The notes beneath the pieces were generated by a model. The model was not told where the DNA came from. It searched no databases and saw only the letters and a list, made by a program, of their open reading frames with translations. The position numbers were made by a program, and so were the translations under genes. 40,994 nucleotides of DNA from Octopus bimaculoides (taxonomy: Eukaryota): positions 19,758,522 through 19,799,515 of the forward strand of contig NC_069000.1 in the NCBI RefSeq assembly GCF_001194135.2, read 5' to 3'. Positions within the stretch are counted from its first letter, which is position 1; each line of letters opens with the position of its first letter. This document shows positions 24,477 through 36,753 of the stretch, one piece after another.

Positions 24477-24678
24477 GAATTAAGGCTAAAAATATAGCGT
24501 TGCTCCAAGTGGAGTCGCGAGGGAGTGGACCCATGGTGCAGGGCGAGGCCAAAAACGGAGATGTTAGGGGGAGGGTGGTTGGCCAAGTGGAAGTGACGGG
24601 CGACGGGGGAGTCCGAACCTAGCCGAACGTCCCTTAGGTGTTCGGTGAAACGGTCTGCCAGTCGGCGGCCCGTCTGCC

Positions 24679-24685
<7 letters not shown>
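24477..24685 (-). mobile_element. Penelope-like element, GIY-YIG endonuclease C-terminal fragment
   Basis: Y-MGQTGRRLADRFTEHLRDVRLGSDSPVARHFHLANHPPPNISVFGLALHHGSTPSRLHLEQRYIFSLN matches the PLE YIGxTxRxLxxRFxEH...HF...H...E motif. Truncated at (TA)n upstream and by a gap downstream. Confidence 0.9.
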
Positions 24686-24712
<27 letters not shown>

Positions 24713-24902
24713 TGTGAGTTTAGAGGGGTATATTATCTGGGTGGATACCGTGGTAGCTCTCAGTAATGGTCCAGGTTACGGCTACTGCATTGATTAGTAT
24801 TTAACGTCTATGACTACTAGGAATCATAGACTCTGTGCAGTGGAAACACATATAGGTCGTAACCATAAAAATATGCTGTATAGAATTTTTAAAATAACGG
24901 GA

Positions 24903-25065
24903 AATAACTTAGCGGTTTGACACAAGAGATGGATAGAATAAGTGCCACCCTTAAAAGAAACAAAAATTTAAGTATTGAAGTTGATTCATTCGACTAAAAA
25001 TACTTGAAGGCGGTGCCCCAGTATGGCCGAAGTCAAATGACTGAAACAAGTAAAAGGTAAAGAAT
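24903..25065 (+). mobile_element. SINE class C
   Basis: AACTTAGCGGTT...GATAGAATAAGT...TTCGACTAAAAA...GGCGGTGCCCCAGTATGGCCGAAGTCAAATGACTGAAACAAGTAAAAG. Confidence 0.8.
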
Positions 25066-25365
25066 AGACTCAAGTGGGCAACTCAATAGAAACACACGAA
25101 CAAACAAATTGTGTTTACAAACCACTACATCAAATAAGTTTTGTTTTAATTCGGTTGCTATTATATTTTCTAGATTCTACCAATTTTCAGTAAATCGATC
25201 GGTTCCAAAATGTTCATCGTTATTGCTAAAAGTAATTTCTCTTATTCTATTGTTATACATTTTCCTTTGACGGTTAAGTTTATCGCAAAAATCAAACCGG
25301 CCTGTATGAAAGTGACACGACCTCTTCCCGGGATTGTGTGTGAATGTGTGAATACTTTTTGATGT

Positions 25366-25400
<35 letters not shown>

Positions 25401-26304
25401 ATATAAATCCCGTTCTGTGTGTGTATGTGTAAAAGATTATAACGGCCGTATTTTTCAACTAATTTTCTCCAAATTGGGAACATTACTTATGTTCCAGGGA
25501 TGGTTTTAGACTCTTGAAATTTTTCACACAATGAGTAACAGGCTCCCTGAGGGAAGAAAACACCTGTTCCTGGGTTACGTGGAGAAGGGAAATAACTTTT
25601 TGCGAAGTAACTTTCAGAAACTGATTGTCTCCCTTACATCCATTGGTCATAAAAAAAAGAAAATATTGCTTTTTATATTAGATTCACATCTTTGAAAGTT
25701 TTTGTAAAATATTTACTTCTTGTTTTCTAGCGTCAGCAACGTCTATATCTTTTTATCTTTATCCCTCTATTCATCTNNNNNNNNNNNNNNNNNNNNNNNN
25801 NNNNNNNNNNNNNNNNNNNNNNNNNNNNNNNNNNNNNNNNNNNNNNNNNNNNNNNNNNNNNNNNNNNNNNNNNNNNNNNNNNNNNNNNNNNNNNNNNNNN
25901 NNNNNNNNNNNNNNNNNNNNNNNNNNNNNNNNNNNNNNNNNNNNNNNNNNNNNNNNNNNNNNNNNNNNNNNNNNNNNNNNNNNNNNNNNNNNNNNNNNNN
26001 NNNNNNNNNNNNNNNNNNNNNNNNNNNNNNNNNNNNNNNNNNNNNNNNNNNNNNNNNNNNNNNNNNNNNNNNNNNNNNNNNNNNNNNNNNNNNNNNNNNN
26101 NNNNNNNNNNNNNNNNNNNNNNNNNNNNNNNNNNNNNNNNNNNNNNNNNNNNNNNNNNTCTGTCTATATCTTATCTATCTATATCTTTCTTTTTTGTCTA
26201 ATTAGCTATCTCTCTCTCTCTCTCTCTCTCCCCTTTCTCTATATCTCACTCGCTCACTATTGTTTTCACTGTAAATTTTCAGTCGCTATTTACAAATATC
26301 AACG

Positions 26305-26590
26305 ACGAATTACTGACAGAAAGAAGTTCACAATTACTGATGAAAGTAATTTCATACACAATTTAATGACAGAAGTAACTTCATAAATTTCACTTCAATC
26401 CGTACACTTCGTTAAATTTGCCTACAAATTTCTTATTTACTTTTGCAACTTTTTTTTCATTTTTTTTTTTGACGGAATTACTGATAAAAGTAAGTTCATA
26501 ATTTAATGATAGAAGTAATTTCAAAAATTTCACTTAAATCCGTACACATTTTCCCTAAAAATTTCTTATTTACATTTGCAACGGTTTTGT
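26305..26590. repeat. Imperfect ~120-130-bp direct duplication built from ~25-bp AATTACTGA..GAAGTAA.TTCA subunits
   Basis: 26330-26450 aligns with 26475-26585. AAATTTCTTATTTAC occurs three times between about 26425 and 26710. Confidence 0.75.
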
Positions 26591-26806
26591 GTTTTTTTGT
26601 TGTTAACGGCTTTTTTCTAATTCCTTCGATACTGGCTCTTTGGTTCACTGACAAATTTCGCTTCAACACGTACAATTCTTTATTTTCCGTATAAATTTCT
26701 TATTTACTTTCTGCCCGTCGCATTACGAAATATAATTTCCGTTACCCAGTTATTTTCATTGTTTACTATCTTCTGCACCCTTGTATTTCTGTATATGTAT
26801 ATAACC

Positions 26807-26830
26807 ATGCCTAGAAGAATGTCTCAGTAA

Positions 26831-26914
<84 letters not shown>

Positions 26915-27150
26915 GCAGAAAGGGAAGCATACCAAGAAACAAACAGACTGTGCACCACAAAAGCCAGAGCGGCTTAAAGTGATGAACAGATGTATGCACG
27001 GCTGACAAGGAATAGGATCTCCACTGCAGAACGAAGAACAGTTGCAGCAGCTCAGAGAAGCAACTTCTATGAAGCAGCTTTCAGTTATGATTCAGCAGTT
27101 CATTATGCAGATGTCAGTAGAGTTTCTATTGGTGCAATGACAACTGAGCT
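26807..27150 (+). mobile_element. Decayed Helitron Rep/helicase N-terminal fragment interrupted by (GA)n
   Basis: MPRRMSQ*, then (GA)n, then AAEREAYQETNRLCTTKARAA*SDEQMYARLTRNRISTAERRTVAAAQRSNFYEAAFSYDSAVHYADVSRVSIGAMTT. This matches my recollection of the RAAExxEQ..ARL repeats and AAFxYD...Y.....V.IG.M segment that precede the Helitron N-terminal zinc-finger. Confidence 0.75.
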
Positions 27151-28177
27151 ATTGGAACAGTAGCCTGTGTGTGATTTTTTTTTAAAGTCTCCTGAACGTT
27201 GGTCATTCACAACTATTCTAGCTGAGCCTTCTGTCATGCACCGTCGATATCACATGTTATATTTCAGCATCCATGACAAGGAATGGAACGGTCCCGTGGA
27301 TTTATGAGATTAAAAGAACTTGCAAATTCATACTGATCTTCCTCGACCACATGTCATTCTATGTCACTTCCTCCCGCACAATCCACTGATTATTGTACAA
27401 CAAAAGCGACATTGTGCCGGAGTTTAATGCCACCAACAATGCCCTTCAATCACCTTGCGTCGCATTAACCCGTTTATTGTGGTACATAGGTATGGATGGA
27501 TACGGATACGTGGTTTCGTTCATTCGACAAAATACCGTTCTGTACATTGTCAGCACCTGTTTCGATTAATTTTAAAAAAGCTTACACAGACGGTGCAGTT
27601 CTGTTTTCTCTTTTCCCTTTCTTGGAGAACGTATTGGGGCTTGAAGATAGAGATTTTTAAGTACAGTCTTACTAAAACTTGTTTCACCAAGAGGAACCTG
27701 TTCAAGTTTAAAATTTGCTTCTTTGAAGCGATGTTATCGAATATGTGCATCAAAAGTTGTGTATTTCTATTGTTACTACTGCCATTATTAGTGTAACGCT
27801 TCAAATAAACATGTTGTGTTTCAGTAATACCAGGCACATCATTTTTGTTATGTCTGTATTCTCATTTTTACGGGATTTTTTTTTTTTTGTGTGTGTGTTG
27901 TCTCTGACATTTTTGTTCGTTGAGGAGGCGTAACCGTTCGATGTTTTGCAAAGATGTGGCCTAGCAAAAAAAGATACTTTCAAAATATCTTTTTTCTCAT
28001 AAATATGACATACAAAAAATAAGGAATAAAGGAAGAATCTGACGGCATTGAATATTGATTCCACGTAATAATACGCATAAATAGCAATCCAGCTTTTTGC
28101 GAGTCTCGCAAAATCTAATTCTTAGATCGGAGCACATTTAAAGACATGTTACTAAAGCAAGAAGCAACAACAACAAC

Positions 28178-28208
<31 letters not shown>

Positions 28209-29295
28209 ATAATTGCTTCTTTATTAACCACAAGCCTTTTTAAGAAACACTAAATATTATAAAGAAACGTGACATATGAGACAAATAAGTCATATATAAA
28301 CATGGGAAGGATTGAAAGCGGTTGCACTATTAAATACGGCGTCAAGTTAACTGTTTATATGCGCATACAAATAAATACATAGACAAATAAATAAACAATA
28401 TTTAAAACAAGATATAATTCAAATATAAAAATGTTAAGAGTTCTCACAAGGATGAGAAGCAACTAGCAAGGTTGAATACTTACATCTCTGCTAACCCAGC
28501 AAGTCTGGTACGTGTCAGACATGTACCCAATACCCATTATATATTTTAGTGTAGATAGTTTCAGAAAATAGTCGATACCCTCGAAAACTCTTTTTACTGC
28601 AGACTTTTTAGAATGTTTCATATATCCTAAACTTCTTCAAATAATATTTCTGAGCAACGCCGCCTGTCGGCGCACAAATCTGCTTTTTTTTTTGTCTTAT
28701 GAGACATTTGATTGATCGCCGAAGGTCTTCATGAACCCATTCATTATCTTTCACGTCGTTGTTGTTCAGAGGATAGGGAGGGCTTCATTAATTTTCCCTT
28801 TTCTTGTTTTCTGCTGCGGTTAACTTTACTTTTTGAGGTAAACGTTTTTCTATTCGAAAATTTTGTTCGATTCTATTATCTCCCCATTTCAAAAAACGAG
28901 AAAATGGTACTATTGCTGTTCGTTATGGTAGGAAGACAGAGTGCTTGATTGCTGGGGTTTTTTCCGGATCGGGCATGAGGTGATTGCCTTCGCTATCTCT
29001 GAAGTGGAAAAGGGTGCTCTGATGTCGTTCGCATTTAGGACTAAGAACAAGGCAGATTTTCCAGCACATCTGGTTCAGCAATTTGTGGTACCGATGGTGC
29101 AACTGCAACAAAATATTCGGACACTATTAGTCTTTGAATTTTTCCAGATATTGGAAATAACCTTCAGATGGTTTTTGCCACGAGTAGCAAGTATACCAAA
29201 TGGGACTTCTGCCGAACATCATCAGTTAGATAAAAGAAAAAAAATAAATAAAAAAATAAATAAAGCAAAACCAAAAACCTAATGACGTTTGCGGC

Positions 29296-29495
29296 TCTCT
29301 TTTACTTGTTTCAGTCATTTGACTGTGGCCATGCTGGAGCACCGCCTTTTAGTCGAGCAAATCGACCCCAGGACTTATTCTTTGGAAGCCTAGTACTTAT
29401 TCTATCGGTCTCTTTTGCCGAACCGCTAAGTTACGGAGACGTAAACACACCAGCATCGTTTGTCAAGCGATGTTGGGAAGACAAACACAGACACA
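29296..29495 (-). mobile_element. SINE class C (best-preserved copy)
   Basis: Full run from TTTTACTTGTTTCAGTCATTTGACTG to GACAAACACAGACAC, followed by (CA)n(TA)n and a gap. Confidence 0.88.
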
Positions 29496-29520
29496 CAAAC
29501 ATATATACACACACACACAA

Positions 29521-29591
<71 letters not shown>

Positions 29592-30621
29592 NNNNNNNNN
29601 NNNNNNNNNNNNNNNNNNNNNNNNNNNNNNNNNNNNNNNNNNNNNNNNNNNNNNNNNNNNNNNNNNNNNNNNNNNNNNNNNNNNNNNNNNNNNNNNNNNN
29701 NNNNNNNNNNNNNNNNNNNNNNNNNNNNNNNNNNNNNNNNNNNNNNNNNNNNNNNNNNNNNNNNNNNNNNNNNNNNNNNNNNNNNNNNNNNNNNNNNNNN
29801 NNNNNNNNNNNNNNNNNNNCTCAGAAGTCATTACATTTCCCCACGAACAAGATGATACGAAGCTCAATATACATTCTTTATGAGAGGCGCCGGTCTAAAT
29901 ATTTTGCTGTACTTACTTGTCTTCAAATTTTGTGTTCAAAACCAGCAGGAACCAACTTTTTTATTTTTCACTGTTTAGTGTTCCGCAGTCGAGTATAGGT
30001 GGTGGAGGTGGACATTAAATAGAGTTATAACTCTTCCCAAAATTTGATATTTTATGTCTACGCTAAAAATTATTATTTAGTTGGAGGAAGAAGAAGAAAA
30101 AGGAGAGAAACAAAACTAATGGTCCCCCCCCCGCCTCGAATGATGAGCTTGACGCGTCCGATGTTCTGTCAGTAGTTTTAAAGGCTGAGACATGCTAGAA
30201 TATCAAAGAGGTGTTCCAAAGTCCCGAGGAGGGATGATTATGTGGCATGTTTATTGTAGCATTTGTATCGTAAAAAAAAATTAGGTAACTAAAAAAGAGA
30301 CACGTGTTTAGCGTGGGCTCGTTCAGGGAAACGGGGAGCCATTGTAAAGGCGCAAGGGCACATTTGTGGGCTCATAGCTGTAGCTTGTTGATGAGCGATT
30401 AGCTGCCAATCTATGTAATAGCACTTTTTAGATATGGTCTACTGGGTGCTGCATATACATATACCCGTAATTTAAACATAGTAAGCAATGCACTTTAGTT
30501 CAAAAAAAGACTAAGGGCTACGGTGAAAGCGAAGGGTGGTCGTTTTCAATTGTAAATATTTGTAAGCCATTTATATTATAATTCTGCCAGTTAGTTCGTT
30601 CACACGTTACATTTTAGTTAA

Positions 30622-30830
30622 GAGAGGTGGGGTGGAGTGAGTGAGAGGTGGAGTGAGTGAGAGGTGGAGTGAGTGAGAGGTGGAGTGAGTGAGAGGTGGA
30701 GTGAGTGAATGGTGGAGTGAGTGAAAGGAGGTGTGAGTGAATGGTGGAGTGAGTGAAAGGAGGTGTGAGTGAGATAGAGCGTGTGAGAGGTGGAGAGTGT
30801 GAGAAGCGGAGTGAGTGAGAGGTGGGGTGA
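30622..30830. repeat. 16-bp minisatellite (GAGAGGTGGAGTGAGT)
   Basis: Several perfect copies, then degenerate ones. Confidence 0.9.
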
Positions 30831-31056
30831 ATGAGAAGTCGAGTAAGAGTGACAGAGAGGGAGGGAGAAAGAGAGAAGAAAATGGAGTGTGAGAGTGAAA
30901 GAGAGGCAGGGAAAGTGAGTGAGGTAACAGATAGCCAGCTGATGCATTATGCTGTCACTCACGTGGTCAGCAGAAATGAGAGGTGAAGAGAAAGAGAAGA
31001 AAATTTTAATGACGTGAAGACGGGAATTGCACGGTTAAAAATTTTGTTGAAGAGGT

Positions 31057-31115
<59 letters not shown>

Positions 31116-32999
31116 AACTTAAGGTGCTTATCAGACGGAAATGTTAAGATCATATTGTCCACTATTTTGACAAGAAGTGAAATAACATAATTTACAATGG
31201 AATTGAAACTAATCATGTTAATAAAACATTGTGTATATTTTCCATATTCTTTTGTGTGCATAAATTGCATATCAGTAAAGTAATTATGATAAAAATATTG
31301 CGTAATAAGGAATATGCAATTGATCTTGCAGTTTCAATAGAGTTAAATACTAATGAAAAATATGTGTACTAAGTATTGTATAGATTTATTATTGTATATT
31401 TTTCTATCTCCTATTGCACAGGCAACAATAAGATTTATATGCAATTAAAATGCAAACCATCCTTGCTTTCTTAAATATCTCCTCTTAATTTTTGTTCGCT
31501 CCATGGAATTTCCACAGATTCTGCAAGTAGTCAACTTGCAAACTTTCATTAACCAAAACCTAAGACGTTTGATTTTATGATAAAATGAATAATGGACAAA
31601 TATATATGCCACACCCGGTAGAATGTGGTTACAGATATATGAACTTTAATATAGGAGACACTTGATTTAGCTGTTATTTCTTGCATGTTGAGTGACCATT
31701 TAAACTCTAACTATTTGGAGCTTCCTCGTTAGATTATTGTTGTTGTTCTACACGTGTAGCCGTATGATAAAAGGCNNNNNNNNNNNNNNNNNNNNNNNNN
31801 NNNNNNNNNNNNNNNNNNNNNNNNNNNNNNNNNNNNNNNNNNNNNNNNNNNNNNNNNNNNNNNNNNNNNNNNNNNNNNNNNNNNNNNNNNNNNNNNNNNN
31901 NNNNNNNNNNNNNNNNNNNNNNNNNNNNNNNNNNNNNNNNNNNNNNNNNNNNNNNNNNNNNNNNNNNNNNNNNNNNNNNNNNNNNNNNNNNNNNNNNNNN
32001 NNNNNNNNNNNNNNNNNNNNNNNNNNNNNNNNNNNNNNNNNNNNNNNNNNNNNNNNNNNNNNNNNNNNNNNNNNNNNNNNNNNNNNNNNNNNNNNNNNNN
32101 NNTTTAGCTGTTATTTCTTGCATGTTGAGTGACCATTTAAACTCTAACTATTTGGAGCTTCCTCGTTAGATTATTGTTGTTGTTCTACACGTGTAGCCGT
32201 ATGATAAAAGGCATTTCAGTGGTGGCCATCCTCCTCTGTTTCAGAAAATGTATATAAGATCATATTATATAATGTACTTTTCATTTTAAGACGCTAAGAT
32301 GTGATATGGGGAAGACTTAGCTGTTATTTCTAGCATGTAGGGCGACTACATACAGGCACTATCAACGCGTGAAACTATTTAACTCCAAGATCAGCTCACA
32401 TCGAACTGAATTATGGTCAAAAGACGCTCCAGCCGTGATGATCCTGTGTTTTTTTCAGGCATGGTATATCTAGGATCACAATATCCAGCATGCTGCACCG
32501 TTTTGAGATTGTAGGGTCTGATTTGAATGAAATTTGACTGTTATTTGAAGCAGGTCAAGCGATCTCAAGGTACCTTCGCTTGGGTTGTGATGGTTATAGA
32601 GGAGGTGGCGGAAGTAGTGGAAGTAGAGGTGGTAATAACAGAAGTAAGAAGAGGAATAGATAGATAGATCGATAAACAGATAGAAAGAGAGAGAGAGGTA
32701 GAGAGAAAGAGAGAGGCTCTCAGGGTGATAGAGAGAACGAGACAAAAACCGACCGTGAGAGGTACAGAGAGCGACGGAAGAAGAGAGAGAGAGAGGAAGA
32801 GAGATAGGGAGAGAGAGAGAGAACGATAAACATAAAGGGCAGATAGTCTGAGAGAACGAGAAAGAGTGAGAGTAAGAGAGAGAGATTTTAAGAGAGCCGT
32901 TACTAGAAGTGCAGTAAGCGACGCGAGTTACGTCATAAGTGTCTTTGGTGGAAGAGGTGTAGATAGGGCAGTGTGTAGACGGATGATGCAATAAATGTG

Positions 33000-33975
33000 T
33001 CATAAGTAGTGGTGGTGGTGGTGGTGGTGGTGGTGTTGGTGGCGGCTGTAGTGGTGGCGGCTGCGGTGAAGGCGGTGATGATGTCGTTATTTGGGGCAAC
33101 AACAGTGGCAGTGGCAGCGNNNNNNNNNNNNNNNNNNNNNNNNNNNNNNNNNNNNNNNNNNNNNNNNNNNNNNNNNNNNNNNNNNNNNNNNNNNNNNNNN
33201 NNNNNNNNNNNNNNNNNNNNNNNNNNNNNNNNNNNNNNNNNNNNNNNNNNNNNNNNNNNNNNNNNNNNNNNNNNTAATAGTGGTGGTCGTAGTGATGCCA
33301 GTGTCTGCATTGATGGTGGTGGTGGTAGTTGTGGTGGTGGTAGTTGTGGTGGTCGTAGTGATGCCAGTGTCTGCATTGATGGTGGTGGTGGTAGTTGTGG
33401 TGATGGTAGTGGTGGTGGTGGTCGTAGTGATGCCAGTGTCTGCATTGATGGTGGTGGTGTCAGTAGTGACTGCGATGGGGGAGCCCTTGTAGTGATAGTG
33501 GCTACTTTAATATTATTATCATTATTATTTTTTGCAGTGGTGATGGTGGCATCCGCCGTAGTGGTGGTGTTGGCAGTTGTTTATAGTTGTGGTGATAAAG
33601 GTCTCTTCTCTGCTGTTTGAGTGGTAGTAGTGGCGGTGGTGACTGCTATAGTGGTAATAGTAGTGTCAAACACGGTGTTGTAGTTCAATGATGGTACTAG
33701 TGTCAGCTATGATGCTAGTGGTGTTTAAAATGGCGTTCAGGGTAGCGACGTCTGCTGTCGTATAGGGGTTGGTACCCGTAGTGGTATGGTGGGTGTCTTC
33801 AGAAGAAATGGTGATAGCTATTTCAGCGTTGATGATTGTGGTGGTGGTTGTGCTTGCAGTCGGACGGTGGTGGTGAAGGAATCTGCAGTGGTGGTCATAT
33901 TCGCAGTGCTGGTAGCAGTGGCGTCTGTGGTAGTAGTTGCAGTAGTGGTCGTGGTAGTGTTGGTGATGTCTGCCC

Positions 33976-34013
<38 letters not shown>

Positions 34014-34800
34014 ATGTCTGCTCTGGTGATAGTAGTAATAGTAGTAACGGTAGTGGTGGTGGCTGGTGGTGGTGGTGGNNNNNNNNNNCTGCTCTGGTGA
34101 TAGTAGTAATAGTAGTAACGGTAGTGGTGGTGGCTGGTGGTGGTGGTGGTGGTGGTGAATGTGTTGCTTGTGTTGGTGCTGTGTCTGCACAGTTGATGGT
34201 GGTGGTGATAGTGGTGGTTGTGGTGGCGGTGGCGGTGCCGATGGTGGCGGCGGCAGCGGTGTTGACTGACTGCTTTGCCTGTGGGTGACGTAATAAAGGT
34301 TTTCTCGACGCAGGGCAAGTCACTGAAAGAATCTCTACATTTGTCGGCCTCAGTGGTTGAGATGGTTGCAGTGGTAGTATTCATAGTAGTAGTAGTAGTA
34401 GTAGTATTTGTTGTTGTTGTTGTTGTTAAGCTGGTGGTGGTGGTGGTAAGTGGAGGCGGTGGCGATTGCTGAGGTGATACAGGTGGCGGTTTTTGGTGAT
34501 CGTGGTGGTCTTGGTGTTTCTTAAAATGGCGGCGAAGGTGATTGTTTGCTGCTAGCGGACTGCGATAATGGTGGAAGTGGTTATAATTGAGGCAGAGTCG
34601 AAAGCTGTGCATGGAGACGTTGGTGGTGATTGTGGTAACGGCAATAATGTTTGTGGTGGCGGTAAAAAGTGGCAGACTGTAGAACTGATAGATGTGGTGG
34701 TGATGGTAGCGTTTCTTTCTGTTTCTTTTTTTTTTACTACTAACACAATCGCTCTGTGTTGTCTATGGCGGTTATGATAGTACAAGCCTGGGTGTGGTGG
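33000..34800. repeat. Complex (GGT/GTA/GTT)n tract with embedded higher-order repeats
   Basis: Includes 3 copies of GGTCGTAGTGATGCCAGTGTCTGCATTGATGGTGGTGG (33285-33460) and repeated GTGATGTCTGC.CT.GT motifs. Confidence 0.85.
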
Positions 34801-34870
34801 TGTTCTTTCTCTAAGCTGGAAAAAAAGGACATTAAAAATACAAAACGGCGTAATAACACGTATAATGTGA

Positions 34871-34935
<65 letters not shown>

Positions 34936-35240
34936 GTCTGTCTGTCTATCTGTCTATCTATCTGTCTGTCTATCTGTCTGTCTATCTGTCTGTCTATATC
35001 TAACTACATATCTATTTTGTGTATAGATATACATATATAAAGATAATCTATATATATAAATATAATTTATACACACACACACATACACACACACATATAT
35101 ATATATAAATACATATATATGTATATCATATGAGCGTGTATGTATGTATANNNNNNNNNNNNNNNNNNNNNNNNNNNNNNNNNNNNNNNNNNNNNNNNNN
35201 NNNNNNNNNNNNNNNNNNNNNNNNNNNNNNNNNNNNNNNN

Positions 35241-35295
<55 letters not shown>

Positions 35296-35464
35296 CGCAC
35301 AGATTGATATATATCTTTATACATATAAATATACACATCTATGAAACTATATATCAAGCAATCTAGCTATCTATATATATGTGTGTGTATACATATACAT
35401 ACATCCACGCACATAGGTATATATAAATATATGTGCGTATATATGTATATATATATAATATGAA

Positions 35465-35566
<102 letters not shown>

Positions 35567-35649
35567 CTTATGAATGTATTTACACACACACACAAACACA
35601 CACACAATGACGCATACATGGAGCCTCAAAAAAAGATGAAGGCCACAGA

Positions 35650-35883
35650 TTCACAACACCCCAGAAAAAAAAATCCATGGGCGTTAGGTCTGGAGAATGG
35701 AGCGGCTATTCAATACTCCCGCGTCGCCCAATCCACCTCCCAGGGAATGTTTCACTGAAGAAATTGCGCACATGAATTGCATAATGCGGTGGTGCCCCAT
35801 CCTGTTGGAATAACACATTATGCTTCACTGTCCTGCAAAAATAGAAATATACAACTGTTAGCCTATTTTTGCACCACACTGTA
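35650..35883 (-). mobile_element. DD41D (rosa-like) Tc1/mariner fragment with an adjacent TA-flanked TIR-like end
   Basis: VLFQQDGAPPHYAIHVRNFFSETFPGRWIGRRGSIE*PLHSPDLTPMDFFFWGVV, with 41 residues counted between the second and third acidic residues. TA-CAGTGTGGTGCAAAAATAGG lies at 35883-35862. Confidence 0.85.
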
Positions 35884-35896
35884 TATGTATGTATGT

Positions 35897-35970
35897 CATT
35901 ATTCAGTTTATTTCAAGATTTCTTACCAATAGGGAAAGAACCGGTTTCTAACCTAGGGCATTTTTGTATG

Positions 35971-36004
<34 letters not shown>

Positions 36005-36359
36005 TGTATGTATGTATGTATGTATGTATGTATGCATGCCTGTATGTGAAGATTTGTATGTTTCATGTATATATTCTCATACACATAGTTGCATATCTAG
36101 ACATGCTCTTATATATTTAAATGATAAACTTCTGGAAGGTTTTACAGATATTTATAGTTCCAGTGATGGATTGGATCTGTAGTCTTCGAATTAGCTTTCT
36201 CCTTTCTGGTTTTGAGAAGTCTAATTTCTCAAGATTGGTATTTAGGCAGTGCATTATATATCCAAGGGCCCCAATAATTACAGGTATAAACCTGAACTTG
36301 TAATCTGGATAGTGTAACTGCAGATTTCTCAATAGTTCAGCAAAGGTACTCTCTTTTTG

Positions 36360-36360
<1 letters not shown>
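35897..36360 (-). mobile_element. 3' end (ORF C-terminus plus 3' UTR) of a second RLE-type non-LTR retrotransposon
   Basis: QKESTFAELLRNLQLHYPDYKFRFIPVIIGALGYIMHCLNTNLEKLDFSKPERRKLIRRLQIQSITGTINICKTFQKFII* shows the R4/Dong-like IPVIIGALG...LQ..S..GT terminus. The 3' UTR has an internal (TACA)n and an AATAAA near its end. (CATA)n lies on both flanks. Confidence 0.82.
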
Positions 36361-36390
<30 letters not shown>

Positions 36391-36615
36391 TGTATGTATG
36401 TATGTATGTATGTATGTATGTATACCTTACATAATTTATTTATAGGACCAGTGGTACAAATAGAAGTAATAGAGAGAGCAGGTATCATATATATGTAATT
36501 GTTAAATGTAAAGCTGTATCGTTGACTCAAAGGCCGGTAGTTTCGGGCATGACACTTATGGCCAACACATATCTCCTTTAGCTGCTAACATCCCTATCTC
36601 TCTCTTCTTCCCCTA

Positions 36616-36750
<135 letters not shown>

Positions 36751-36753
36751 AGT

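Noticed and set aside
31666-32212. Identical 110-bp direct repeat flanking a gap (31666-31775 and 32103-32212)
   Set aside because: Perfect identity on either side of an N gap is typical of unmerged contig overlap. Long reads would be needed to call it a real duplication.
34019-34150. ~60-bp duplication across a 10-N gap
   Set aside because: Most likely a scaffolding overlap artefact.
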